From a virus (lineage: Duplodnaviria > Caudoviricetes): 31,725 nucleotides of DNA. The stretch's first letter is position 1. Each line of letters begins with the position of its first letter. The position numbers were made by a program, and so were the translations under genes. The stretch is taken from IMG/VR virus record IMGVR_UViG_3300001685_000007, positions 1 to 31,725 of that record. One strand, written 5' to 3'. The notes below the pieces were generated by a model. It made no database searches. It saw only the letters and a program-made list of their open reading frames with translations, and was not told the DNA's origin. Of the stretch, positions 8,838 through 18,354 are shown piece by piece.

Positions 8838-10238
8838 TTAATTAATTGCTTTTTTTTCTTTTTCCGATTTAAATATTTCTTTTAGTTTTTGCCTAAAGAC
8901 GTTGCTAACCACCTTGGCAACTTCTTTTTTTCCTAATACATCATCATCAATTTCAATGACATCATCGGAATTGGATTTATCATCGTTAGGGGATATTAAC
9001 GAATCATCAATTTCAATTTCATCATCGGTTTGTGATTTAGATTTATCAGGATCATCGAGATCATCATTATTATCTATTTTAAGTGGAGAATCAACTTCTT
9101 TTTCAGTAACCAGTTTTTTAATACCATCCAACTCCACCAAAATCTTATCAAAGACCTGATCAAAGCCTGTGGCAAGACCATCTGCCATTTTAAGCATCTG
9201 CTCACTGATCAATTCTTCAATGGCCTTTCCGAGTCCAAGAATGATTTCTTCCTGAGATTTTTCATCGGTTTCCAATTCAAGATCATCATCCACCACTGTT
9301 TCATCATCGACAGAAACATCTTTACTTGTTAAAACTTTAAGTTCATTGAACTCAGGAAGTTTCGCTTCTTCTTCCTGGGTATCAACTTCCCATTGTTTAT
9401 CTTCATCCACCAATTCCCAATTATAATAAAATTGTTTATAAGTGGGTTCATTATTGTCCTTGATCCATTTTTGAATATCAGCGATTTCCCATTTCTCAGG
9501 ATCAAAATAATAACCAACAATCACTTTATCATCTTCATCATATGTTTTGGCAAGCACCGTTTGAATATCTTTACTATTATCAGCAAAAGAAACAGTTTCC
9601 GGTGCATAATACTCAGCCAATTGCATACGAACAGGATAAAACAAACCACTTTCAGTTTTTACAAACTGAGGTTCAAATCCTAACTGTAAAAGATTTTTCC
9701 GATCATTATCAGAACCATGTATAGAAACGGTAGCATTTGGATTAGCAGGAACAGTTACTGCTGATATTTCAAGCAATTCCTGTTTGGTAAATTCTTTACC
9801 GCCCCACCAAGGATCTTCATTGTCTCTGGCTTCAAATTCTATTCCTCTGAAACCAACGGAAAAAGAAGTCAGAAAACCATTTTTGTACTTATCGAAAATC
9901 TTCATACTTTGATCATCATTAGCATCAAATTTGGGTTTGAACATGAGTTTCTTATCGGTTTTATCAACCCATGTTCGCAAAGACTTGGCAACAGGAATTC
10001 CCCAATAATTATGACTCCAAGGAATCATCGGGTTCTTTTTAAAGTTTTTAAGATCCCATCCATCCTGACGAATAATGTCTTTATCTCTATCTTCATCTTC
10101 AGTTGAAGCTATAGCAATAAAGGATTTCTCAGCATCATCTAACTGTTCAATCTTTTCCACTGTAAAATCCATTGCCCTTACCGAATCGCCATTTTTTTTA
10201 ACCGGACGACCATCTCTTGCCAAAATTTTATAAGACAT
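8838..10238 (-). CDS. HK97-type prohead protease (peptidase S78) with long acidic C-terminal extension
   Basis: IASTEDEDRDKDII, NFKKNPMIPWSH, FLTSFSVGF and ELLEISAVTVPANPNA in the first ~170 aa; the tail is D/E-rich. Confidence 0.92.
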   Translation of the reverse strand: MSYKILARDGRPVKKNGDSVRAMDFTVEKIEQLDDAEKSFIAIASTEDEDRDKDIIRQDGWDLKNFKKNPMIPWSHNYWGIPVAKSLRTWVDKTDKKLMFKPKFDANDDQSMKIFDKYKNGFLTSFSVGFRGIEFEARDNEDPWWGGKEFTKQELLEISAVTVPANPNATVSIHGSDNDRKNLLQLGFEPQFVKTESGLFYPVRMQLAEYYAPETVSFADNSKDIQTVLAKTYDEDDKVIVGYYFDPEKWEIADIQKWIKDNNEPTYKQFYYNWELVDEDKQWEVDTQEEEAKLPEFNELKVLTSKDVSVDDETVVDDDLELETDEKSQEEIILGLGKAIEELISEQMLKMADGLATGFDQVFDKILVELDGIKKLVTEKEVDSPLKIDNNDDLDDPDKSKSQTDDEIEIDDSLISPNDDKSNSDDVIEIDDDVLGKKEVAKVVSNVFRQKLKEIFKSEKEKKAIN

Positions 10239-10242
10239 AGTA

Positions 10243-12147
10243 TTACTCCTTTACAATTGTACAATCACATGAAAAGTTTAATATTTCATTCGGAAATCTC
10301 AAACGCATATTACCTATTTGAAAATTATCTTCAGATACGTTATTTTTTAACTTACCTTTATGCCCACATTCATTAGAATTTACAACCCAATTTATTTTTT
10401 CTTTACGTTCTCTGAAAATTAACCATTTGGCATAGTTAATACACGCTCTGGACAAGGAATTTGTAATTTTGGAAAGTCTTGGATTTGATGCTAATTGTTC
10501 TTTCAAATAATCATTCCAGTTTTTATTTTCCCATTTAGGATTTTTTAATAATGTGTTCTTATACTCGTCTACTACCTTATCCACCATTGGAGCAATCCAA
10601 TCTTTCATATCCACAGTATCATTTAAGATTGTTTTTTCTCCTAAGTATTCAAGCATATGAACGACCATACCGACTGTTATATCAGCAAATACTTCTTTTA
10701 AATCCTTATCAATATCTTCCACCTTTGATTCACAAAGATTTTCTTCGATGTATCCATAAACAATGGATCTAACTTCATCACACAAAAATTTGAAATGTCC
10801 ATTGCTCAATGATCTACCGTCCGTAGGGTTATCATCCCTATCATCTGATCCATCAGGATTGACATGAGAATCAGGTTCATCATCTCTATCATCATCCTCT
10901 GAATCTGTTGCTGTTTGAGCTAAAATCTGTGCATCAATGATTTCATCAATTCGATCTAAAGGAACCATATCTTTTGAAACAAGAATTCTGTCACCACCAT
11001 CAACAGTGTCAAGTTTATGAGTCTTTTCTCTAAACTCATTAACAGTTAATGTTGGCGCACCTACATGAATCCTTCCTTCTTGTACTTCAATTAAACGATC
11101 CCTTGGAATTGGATTTTGATGTTGAATTATAATATCATTACTAAAAGAAGATAAAATGCCTTCAGTTAATTCTTCATCCCACATAGTAAGTCTTGGCTGA
11201 ATCGACTCTCTATTAAAGGATATGTCACTTTGCACATCACCTGCTCTACCATTATCACCAAAACCCAATTTAGATTTAGGTATTCGATATGCAGCAAAAA
11301 CTTTTTCCCTTGTCCATTGAGCAAGGTTTAAAAATTCAAAATCACGATTGGCATATTGTAATGGAATTGGTTTTAAACCCGAATCCAACACAGCTACATC
11401 ATGAAACGTTCCTTGATACTTTCCTTTCCAACGTTCTTTAATTTCATCTGCTTTTTCCTGATCAATAGCTTCATCAGTAGTCAACGCAAAATCAATTCGG
11501 GCAGAATTTTTAAAGAAGTCTCTTTCATAAACTTCAATATATGAATCAATATCCTGGGCATAAGCTTGTGCCTGAATCGGACTTGCACCAAGATAGGGGT
11601 TTATCGGATGAATGTAATTAATAAATATTAATTCACTAATATCGAATGTTTCAAAACTGGATATACCTGTTTTAAAAATATACTTTACTGAAGGATTAAT
11701 TAAATCATCAGAAACTTCACACTTAATGAAATCATTCATATTCAAAGGCCAAATTTCCCATACCTGCCCAAGTTTATTATATCCTTTCCACAAAGCAGCC
11801 ATACCACACATATCCAACTGGATCTGACACCATGCTTTTACAAACCGAAAACTCATTAATGGATTAGGATCAAAAAATGGTTTGGTATATGACTTATAAC
11901 CTTTACTCGTTTTTGTCAGTTCTTCTCCGGTACTCTTTCGATAAAAGGAAAAAGGCAATGTGGATACACGATCTGAAATCAAACTAACACAAGAATAAGC
12001 CCATGACTTGTATTCCTGTAATTGTATAGAAGGTTGATTCTTTAAATTTACCGCACCCTCTCCTTTTTCTCTCCTGATTATAGCTGACAATTGTTCATAT
12101 GATTTTGTCTTAGGTCTAAAATTAATTTCAATTGGGCCTACTCGCAT
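10243..12147 (-). CDS. HK97-family portal protein with C-terminal MuF-like extension
   Basis: WAYSCVSLISDRVSTLP, PNPLMS, YLGASPI, FFKNSA, VAVLDSGL, DFEFL, VFAAYRIP and LTVNEFRE are portal motifs; ~190 extra C-terminal aa. Confidence 0.93.
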   Translation of the reverse strand: MRVGPIEINFRPKTKSYEQLSAIIRREKGEGAVNLKNQPSIQLQEYKSWAYSCVSLISDRVSTLPFSFYRKSTGEELTKTSKGYKSYTKPFFDPNPLMSFRFVKAWCQIQLDMCGMAALWKGYNKLGQVWEIWPLNMNDFIKCEVSDDLINPSVKYIFKTGISSFETFDISELIFINYIHPINPYLGASPIQAQAYAQDIDSYIEVYERDFFKNSARIDFALTTDEAIDQEKADEIKERWKGKYQGTFHDVAVLDSGLKPIPLQYANRDFEFLNLAQWTREKVFAAYRIPKSKLGFGDNGRAGDVQSDISFNRESIQPRLTMWDEELTEGILSSFSNDIIIQHQNPIPRDRLIEVQEGRIHVGAPTLTVNEFREKTHKLDTVDGGDRILVSKDMVPLDRIDEIIDAQILAQTATDSEDDDRDDEPDSHVNPDGSDDRDDNPTDGRSLSNGHFKFLCDEVRSIVYGYIEENLCESKVEDIDKDLKEVFADITVGMVVHMLEYLGEKTILNDTVDMKDWIAPMVDKVVDEYKNTLLKNPKWENKNWNDYLKEQLASNPRLSKITNSLSRACINYAKWLIFRERKEKINWVVNSNECGHKGKLKNNVSEDNFQIGNMRLRFPNEILNFSCDCTIVKE

Positions 12148-12189
12148 AATTATCTCCCTTACGCCATCATACAGAAGTATGTCTTAACG

Positions 12190-13728
12190 CTAATAAACAT
12201 TCGGGCCTTTAGATTTACGGAATAATTGTTTAACACCTTCTCTACAAAACCAAAGAGACATAACAATATCTGTTGTTTCAAAAAATGGATGATGTTTAAA
12301 TTCCTGAAATAACTTATGCCAGGGATTTCTTTCATCCAATGAAGTCATATCCACTTTGTCAGGAAAACAAAACATCCATTCTTGATTTTCAAGTTCTTTT
12401 TCAATGCTTGGTAATCCTATAATTGAATCAGCTTTATTACGTCCAGTTTGAAAAGGTTCTATTTTAATTCCGAAACGTTTATACTTATCTTCACCTAAAG
12501 AAGATATTAACATATCAATCAATGCTTCTTGAACACCATTGTTTTCAGCCATATACAATTCACAACCATATCTGCGATACCAACGAAGCATATATTCAGT
12601 AACATCTCCCGAACCTCTTAGCATAACCACTTCTTGCGGAACTTTTAAACCTGATTTTTTATGAACTGCCAAACAGGTCATCACCGTTCCTGGTCTTTGC
12701 AATCCTGCAAAGTCAACACCACCAATAAACAACCAATTTGATTCATGTTCGATAGGCGCTTTGGGAGAGATTCCGTAATGACAACATTTGAGAAAATTAG
12801 GAAAAGTTTTATCTGAATCGGTGTAGGGAATTAAACGATAACCACGATCAAAATCTCTGGTTCCCAACTCCTTGTGTTTTATAATAAGATCTTTTTCATT
12901 AAACTTAGACCATACTGGAAAAACCATTTCCCTGCCAAAAGAGTCCTTATAAATAAGGTTTTTTTTATCTTCTGTGCAAGCAATGCTCATCCATGACCAG
13001 ATCGGATTTGATTGTATCATTGAAGCTAAATCATTTTCATGCCACTTATTCATCATGACCAAAACTTCTGAATCTTGTGGTATCAAACGAGTCAACCAAA
13101 TATTTTTGAAAATATCTTCTATTTTAACTCTTGTGGTAGGTTCAAGTACTGCGGTTTTTAAATCCTGGGGATCATCGAAAACAATGAGATTTGCACGACC
13201 ACCAATGGCTAAAGACATAACACCGTATGCCTCAACTGTACCATCTTTAACCATTGTTTTTCGTTTTACTGTGAATCGTTGAGATCCCCAAATTGGGGTA
13301 GGTTGAATATGAGGAGCAATTCGATGAAAGTCTTCATCCTTTTGGATGTAATCTCTGATAGCTCTGCATCTCTTTACTGCTTCAGTTTCAGAAACATGAA
13401 CTATCTTAATGAGGATATTTGGATCTTTTGCAATTCGATATAAAAGGTATCCGGTACATATCTGTTCAGTTTTACCATGACCGAATGCCCCTAAAATAAG
13501 ATATTTATTGAAACCTTTTGATTTGGCATATCGAATATAACGATGCATAATATTATGCACCCCTTCATTCTCAACCAATTCACCTTTGTTATCTTTTAAT
13601 ACGTTTTGTACAAACCATTCAGATTTTTTAGGAACAAGTGTCTCATAGGAAACATCTATAGAAGAAGTAATCTCAGCAATAGATCCCTTAATAAACTTCC
13701 GAATATCCTGATCAAAAACAGTTCCCAT
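12190..13728 (-). CDS. terL: Terminase large subunit
   Basis: Walker A-like GAFGHGKT, GGRANLIVFDDPQD (Walker B), MMNKWHENDL, RNase H-like nuclease GGVDFAG, AENNGVQ, TTDIVMSLW; directly upstream of the portal. Confidence 0.92.
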   Translation of the reverse strand: MGTVFDQDIRKFIKGSIAEITSSIDVSYETLVPKKSEWFVQNVLKDNKGELVENEGVHNIMHRYIRYAKSKGFNKYLILGAFGHGKTEQICTGYLLYRIAKDPNILIKIVHVSETEAVKRCRAIRDYIQKDEDFHRIAPHIQPTPIWGSQRFTVKRKTMVKDGTVEAYGVMSLAIGGRANLIVFDDPQDLKTAVLEPTTRVKIEDIFKNIWLTRLIPQDSEVLVMMNKWHENDLASMIQSNPIWSWMSIACTEDKKNLIYKDSFGREMVFPVWSKFNEKDLIIKHKELGTRDFDRGYRLIPYTDSDKTFPNFLKCCHYGISPKAPIEHESNWLFIGGVDFAGLQRPGTVMTCLAVHKKSGLKVPQEVVMLRGSGDVTEYMLRWYRRYGCELYMAENNGVQEALIDMLISSLGEDKYKRFGIKIEPFQTGRNKADSIIGLPSIEKELENQEWMFCFPDKVDMTSLDERNPWHKLFQEFKHHPFFETTDIVMSLWFCREGVKQLFRKSKGPNVY

Positions 13729-14261
13729 TAACCCGTTGCTTGTCCTTTCATTTGTTTGTCGCTTACTTCATACTCCAATAATTTGTTTTTCTGTAAATTT
13801 ATAATTTCACCATCTACATCAAGCTCATTAAGTTTTTGGAGAACCGACATACGAATGAATGGTTCAAGCTCATTAACCGCTTTGAAGATCAGTTTAACCA
13901 AAGAGGACAATTTAACATCGTACTCATGGCGTACCGTATCTTTCTTTGACCACTTATCAGGAAATTTTCGTTCCAAGATCCATGCTGAAGCATTCCACAA
14001 TCCATTATCACCGGCATCTTTAATATTATCAAGATTGGCTTCTTCACACCTAACACTACATTCCTGTACAAACTCATCAAATTCAACGTCTGAGCGATAC
14101 ACAGAAAGCATGTAAGGGCTTATGCCACACAGCTTTGCCGCATCTTCAAGGTCTAACCCTTTTTGCATATACATGCAGAGTTTTTCCTTGGTTAAAAAAT
14201 CTGGTTGTGGTTTATTTTCGTCTGAGGTATGGTTGGTCGTGAGATTCAGTCGTTTTGCCAT
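13728..14261 (-). CDS. terS: Terminase small subunit (HTH)
   Basis: HTH GLDLEDAAKLCGISPYML and the WNASAWILERKFPDKW motif; translationally coupled to terL. Start ATG 14261 has a GAGGG RBS. Confidence 0.75.
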   Translation of the reverse strand: MAKRLNLTTNHTSDENKPQPDFLTKEKLCMYMQKGLDLEDAAKLCGISPYMLSVYRSDVEFDEFVQECSVRCEEANLDNIKDAGDNGLWNASAWILERKFPDKWSKKDTVRHEYDVKLSSLVKLIFKAVNELEPFIRMSVLQKLNELDVDGEIINLQKNKLLEYEVSDKQMKGQATG

Positions 14262-14310
14262 TTTTTCCCTCAATTAAATCAATAATTTTAAACAATAACC
14301 TATTATTATT

Positions 14311-14349
14311 TTAAATGCAACCTTAAATGCAACCCCATAATATTGTCAA
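14311..14349. promoter_or_regulatory. Tandem 12-bp direct repeat overlapping a putative leftward promoter in the divergent intergenic region
   Basis: TTAAATGCAACC twice (14311-14322, 14323-14334); minus-strand TTGACA at 14349-14344; the -10 is weak. Confidence 0.45.
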
Positions 14350-14362
14350 GGGTTTTAATTAA

Positions 14363-14818
14363 ATGAGACAAAAACTGATCAATCGATTCAATCAAGATCC
14401 TGACAGGTTCCCATTTACAGAACAGTTCCAGGAATTAATGATTGGAAAATTAACCGGAGACCTTAAAAGAAAAGACATTAGGAGATTATATAAAGGAAAA
14501 TTCAAAAGGGCCGTGGATTCTATCAAAGTAAATCACAAAGACCTTTTATTATTAAGTACTGAGGTAGAACCAGAAATTTATATTTTGGCCCAGGAGACCG
14601 CCAAAAAAGTAACCGGAAAATACATTTCGATGGAAGAATTACTTCATCTGCTACTGATCACCTTCATCAAAACCTACGAAAAAGAACCTTTCAAAAAAAT
14701 CCCATTCACTCATGCTCGTAAAGGCGCAAGATTCAAGGCTTTACAGAGATTCGATGCCAAATTTTCCCGACATTACGGCAATATCGTCAGATCATGGGAT
14801 GACGACCAATATTCCTAA
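14363..14818 (+). CDS. Hypothetical basic protein, first gene of the rightward arm
   Basis: 151 aa ORF; no recognised family. Confidence 0.6.
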   Translation: MRQKLINRFNQDPDRFPFTEQFQELMIGKLTGDLKRKDIRRLYKGKFKRAVDSIKVNHKDLLLLSTEVEPEIYILAQETAKKVTGKYISMEELLHLLLITFIKTYEKEPFKKIPFTHARKGARFKALQRFDAKFSRHYGNIVRSWDDDQYS

Positions 14819-14843
14819 TTATATTAAGCAATTATAAAATTTC

Positions 14844-14871
14844 TTGACACTAACTTGGATTGTGATATGAT
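14844..14871 (+). promoter_or_regulatory. Sigma70-type promoter upstream of the replication gene
   Basis: TTGACA (14844-14849), 16-nt spacer, extended -10 TGnTATGAT (14863-14871). Confidence 0.65.
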
Positions 14872-15044
14872 ACCAGAATTACGTATTTTTTTGCAGGATG
14901 AAGGGAGACCCAGGAGACCAACCCCGAAATCTCCCTCCAAGGAGGTTGAAAAAACGAATGGCAAAACTAATCAAACCTGAAAGGAGTTTAAAGGTTTGAC
15001 TCTCCAATAAAGCAGCAGAAGGAAACTTTGATCGGAGTGTATAA

Positions 15045-16781
15045 ATGGATCTTAATACAAAGATAATTGAATGTCAAATAAAAAATTACTTATTTAATAA
15101 TAACTGTATTTATTGGGATGAAAAAAGAGAATTTTGGAATAACTTAAAATTTTATGTGCGTCACACAGGATTAATCGAAAATAGTCCTTGGGCCGAAAAC
15201 TCAGACCCCACATCTTATTATCAAAATCAAGGACTCTCCTCTCTCCAAAAAAAGATCATCCGATACCTTCACACCTACTTCTTCAAAAACGGATCTCCAG
15301 TTTATTTAAAAATGACAACATTAGCTAATCGATTGAAGGTCAAAAGACAATCGATTCAAAGGGCCATTAGGAGGTTGGTCAAAAGAAAAATACTATTAAG
15401 ATTTTACATATTCTCAGATAATGCGGAAAAACCAAAAGACAACCACGAAAAATCAATCCTCCTTCCGAACAACCCCCTCAAAATCAAATTAGAATGCAGA
15501 ATCAATAACTTAGATATCAAACGGTTGCCCCTCCAAGGCAAACGGTTGCCCCTCTTGGAAGGTAGGGGCAACCATTTGGTATCTAAACTACAGGGATCAT
15601 TACAAAAATTTCGATGCATAATATATTATATATATTCTATTAACTATTATTATAGTCAACTCTCTACTAAGTGCTTTAAAGAAAAACATCATACTTCGTA
15701 TGATGTGCAGCCGCTTCGCAACTGCACCTCTCACGACACTTTTTCTTTTTCTAAGGACACTGAAAGGAACAAAGATACTATGAAAAGAATTCCAAGGTAT
15801 AAGTTAACTGTAACCCAACCAGAAACAAAACCCTTGTTGGACAAAACCTTTGTTGGTTTCAATGAATTAATTTCCTCTGTTGATTATGATCTTTTCAATT
15901 TGCCTGATGAAAAAAGAAGAAACCTATTAGACCACGTTGGTATACATACTTATGATTTTGATTTTAACAAAATATTTTCAGAAAAGAAATTAAATGTACA
16001 GCATGTTGTTGCTCAAAAAAGAGTACGATCCCTTCTTTCAGATTACCTTAAATTATTTTTTTCCAATGAACCTCTCAATCATGAATCAACCGATTACATT
16101 TTGCGCTATTGGAACAATGTTGATGATTCACATTTTTCAAAGCACAGAACTAATCATGAATCAAATACCTATACACGAATAATGATACTAACAAACTATG
16201 TGTTAAAATTTAGATGTAATAACGATATGACCAAGTTTTTAGCTATCATTGATCGCCTTGAACGATTCGGGGCGCAAAACAATTGGCTTTATAACTATAA
16301 AGGCAAATGGAAACTTGATGATATACTCCTGTCTCGTAATCGTTATGGATTGAAAACTTACTTTGTTGAAGATGAAGATGAATTTACAAAACGACTACAC
16401 CATTACAGAAGTAAAGAAAAAGATGCATCGAAACGATATGAGGAAATAATCATTGATTCATTTTTTCGAGATGATAGAGAAAAAGGAAAAGAATATTGGA
16501 ACAAGTGGCATAGTAAATTTGATCAAGATCTGGATATGAAAATCAACAAAATGAAATCATGTAAAAGAGAGTTATACAAAATGAATCTAACCCGACCAAA
16601 AATAATCGATGGTTATGAAACAGCATCGATATTGGAGCAATATTGTGATTGGCATTTAGAGTCTGCTAAAAATCCAGATATAATTAGATTATGCAATTAT
16701 CATGATTTCATACAATTTGTTCATCAAAAAATGCGTGGAGAATACGGATTGGAAAAATTTTGGAGGCCAATCAGGACTTGA
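15045..16781 (+). CDS. Putative phage replication initiator (N-terminal winged HTH)
   Basis: LSSLQKKIIRYL...LKMTTLANRLKVKRQSIQRAIRRLVKRKILLR is an HTH_36-like motif; an internal repeat/AT-rich linker follows, as in lambda O-type initiators. Confidence 0.6.
   Translation: MDLNTKIIECQIKNYLFNNNCIYWDEKREFWNNLKFYVRHTGLIENSPWAENSDPTSYYQNQGLSSLQKKIIRYLHTYFFKNGSPVYLKMTTLANRLKVKRQSIQRAIRRLVKRKILLRFYIFSDNAEKPKDNHEKSILLPNNPLKIKLECRINNLDIKRLPLQGKRLPLLEGRGNHLVSKLQGSLQKFRCIIYYIYSINYYYSQLSTKCFKEKHHTSYDVQPLRNCTSHDTFSFSKDTERNKDTMKRIPRYKLTVTQPETKPLLDKTFVGFNELISSVDYDLFNLPDEKRRNLLDHVGIHTYDFDFNKIFSEKKLNVQHVVAQKRVRSLLSDYLKLFFSNEPLNHESTDYILRYWNNVDDSHFSKHRTNHESNTYTRIMILTNYVLKFRCNNDMTKFLAIIDRLERFGAQNNWLYNYKGKWKLDDILLSRNRYGLKTYFVEDEDEFTKRLHHYRSKEKDASKRYEEIIIDSFFRDDREKGKEYWNKWHSKFDQDLDMKINKMKSCKRELYKMNLTRPKIIDGYETASILEQYCDWHLESAKNPDIIRLCNYHDFIQFVHQKMRGEYGLEKFWRPIRT
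15511..15655. repeat. Iteron-like repeats plus AT-rich tract (putative replication origin)
   Basis: CAAACGGTTGCCCCTC at 15518-15533 and 15539-15554 (21-bp period); inverted copy at 15564-15585; AT-rich run at ~15618-15653. Confidence 0.65.
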
Positions 16782-16806
16782 CAAAGCGGTTTATATGGAA
16801 TAACTT
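16778..16806 (+). promoter_or_regulatory. Putative sigma70-type promoter
   Basis: TTGACA (16778-16783), 17-nt spacer, TAACTT (16801-16806). Confidence 0.45.
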
Positions 16807-16827
16807 GGATCAAAAAGGGGGGAATTT

Positions 16828-17475
16828 ATGGTTATTAAAGACGAAATCGAATTTTTAAATCTACCAGATTGGAAAAAAGTTCATTTGAAAATTTCCTATT
16901 CTAAATTTGTCAATTATCGCATGATGACTGAAGATCAAGAGCAGGAAAGAAAGCAGAAGATCTTTGCCATTGCTGCCCATTACGGACAAATAGACATAGA
17001 GGAATTACAGGGAAACCCAAACACCACTTTGGATAATTCCTGGCCTAAAAATATAGAAAAATATATTACCCCAAGGTTACTTGATCTTTTTAGTGTTGAT
17101 TGGTTTTGCCGATTCGGTAAATGTTTCTGCTGTAATTATTTCAATGGATATACCAATTTACATTTCAAACTTTTATCCGCAAAAAAACCCAAAAATAAGA
17201 TCCATGTTTTCTCAGGCAAATGCCGACACATTTTAAATCGTAGTCAACAAAGAATGGATTACCTGGGAAAACAACCTGAATTTGTCGATCCAAATTTTTG
17301 TTGTCATCTATGGGAACCAATGGATCTTTACTTTCAAATTATACAAGTCGATATAGGTAAAAAACTCGATACTCCTGGATATGACTATGACCTTGAAGAT
17401 TATGCTTTTGATCTTCACAATGTCAATATCTGGAATTATTTTTTCAATAAGTATGATCGTCAATATGATCATTAG
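16828..17475 (+). CDS. Hypothetical protein with Cys cluster
   Basis: 215 aa; CRFGKCFCCNYF..GKCRH...FCCHLW. Confidence 0.6.
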   Translation: MVIKDEIEFLNLPDWKKVHLKISYSKFVNYRMMTEDQEQERKQKIFAIAAHYGQIDIEELQGNPNTTLDNSWPKNIEKYITPRLLDLFSVDWFCRFGKCFCCNYFNGYTNLHFKLLSAKKPKNKIHVFSGKCRHILNRSQQRMDYLGKQPEFVDPNFCCHLWEPMDLYFQIIQVDIGKKLDTPGYDYDLEDYAFDLHNVNIWNYFFNKYDRQYDH

Positions 17476-17486
17476 GAGAGGTTACT

Positions 17487-17951
17487 ATGGCAAGAAAAAA
17501 ACTATCGATTAAACCGGAACAAAAAAAACACCCATTGAAAAAGAAACTTCAAGCTAAAAATGATCTTTTATTTCCATCAATGAGTAAACGTCTATATAGA
17601 TCAGACACATTGCTCACAGATAATAAAACATTCATTATAATTCTTCCTGATGCTCATGAGTGGTTGGAACAAATGGGAATCCAACCAGAATTGATAAACT
17701 CTTTTGATTGGGAAGATATTGATCTACAACTTGATTTCAATCGAAAGGAACCATTAAATATCGATGATAAAGGTAAAATTGAATCAATGGGATCAATTCA
17801 TAATGAATTTTATGGTATTATTAAAACAATGCATTCAAATTGTATCTTTCACCAAATCACCAAATGGTTTGGTAAGGTGGTAAACACTCTTGTTATCATA
17901 TTGGCAGAGGAATATGGCAAACCTGTTGCTATTGTTAAAACCCAAGAATAA
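17487..17951 (+). CDS. Hypothetical protein
   Basis: 154 aa; AGGAGAGG RBS. Confidence 0.6.
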   Translation: MARKKLSIKPEQKKHPLKKKLQAKNDLLFPSMSKRLYRSDTLLTDNKTFIIILPDAHEWLEQMGIQPELINSFDWEDIDLQLDFNRKEPLNIDDKGKIESMGSIHNEFYGIIKTMHSNCIFHQITKWFGKVVNTLVIILAEEYGKPVAIVKTQE

Positions 17952-17962
17952 AGGAGATTATC

Positions 17963-18334
17963 ATGGTTAAAAAGAAAGTCCAATCCAAAACAACATCTAA
18001 AGGCAGAAAGAACCTCCAAGCCAAGTCCAAAGAGGTTGAAACAAAAACACGAAAGAAACCTGGGCCAAAGGCCACCAAAAAAATCGCCGTTGGATACACT
18101 TTATTGAAGCGTGACGAGGCCGCAGTTGTAAAGTCGTATGCTGCCCTGGAAAAACACTTTGATACGTTTGCAGAGCTTCTGAACAAATATTGCTATGAAA
18201 ATGGCGATAAGATGAAAGCAGCCGTTGAAACCAATAAAGCGATCACATTGTTTAATAAACAAACTTCTGCTTTTCGCAAAGCATTGATGAAATCCAAACA
18301 AGGTCTAAAACCTGTTTACGAAAAAACCGCATAA
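17963..18334 (+). CDS. Lys-rich, histone H1 (Hc1)-like nucleoid-associated protein
   Basis: Basic low-complexity N-terminus; C-terminal FDTFAELLNKYCYENGDKMKAAVETNKAITLFNKQTSAFRKALM resembles the Hc1 pattern (F...GNKAAG.RARKA...L.K...EFRK.S) as recalled. Confidence 0.45.
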   Translation: MVKKKVQSKTTSKGRKNLQAKSKEVETKTRKKPGPKATKKIAVGYTLLKRDEAAVVKSYAALEKHFDTFAELLNKYCYENGDKMKAAVETNKAITLFNKQTSAFRKALMKSKQGLKPVYEKTA

Positions 18335-18354
18335 TTTGGATAGAGTGTTTACAT

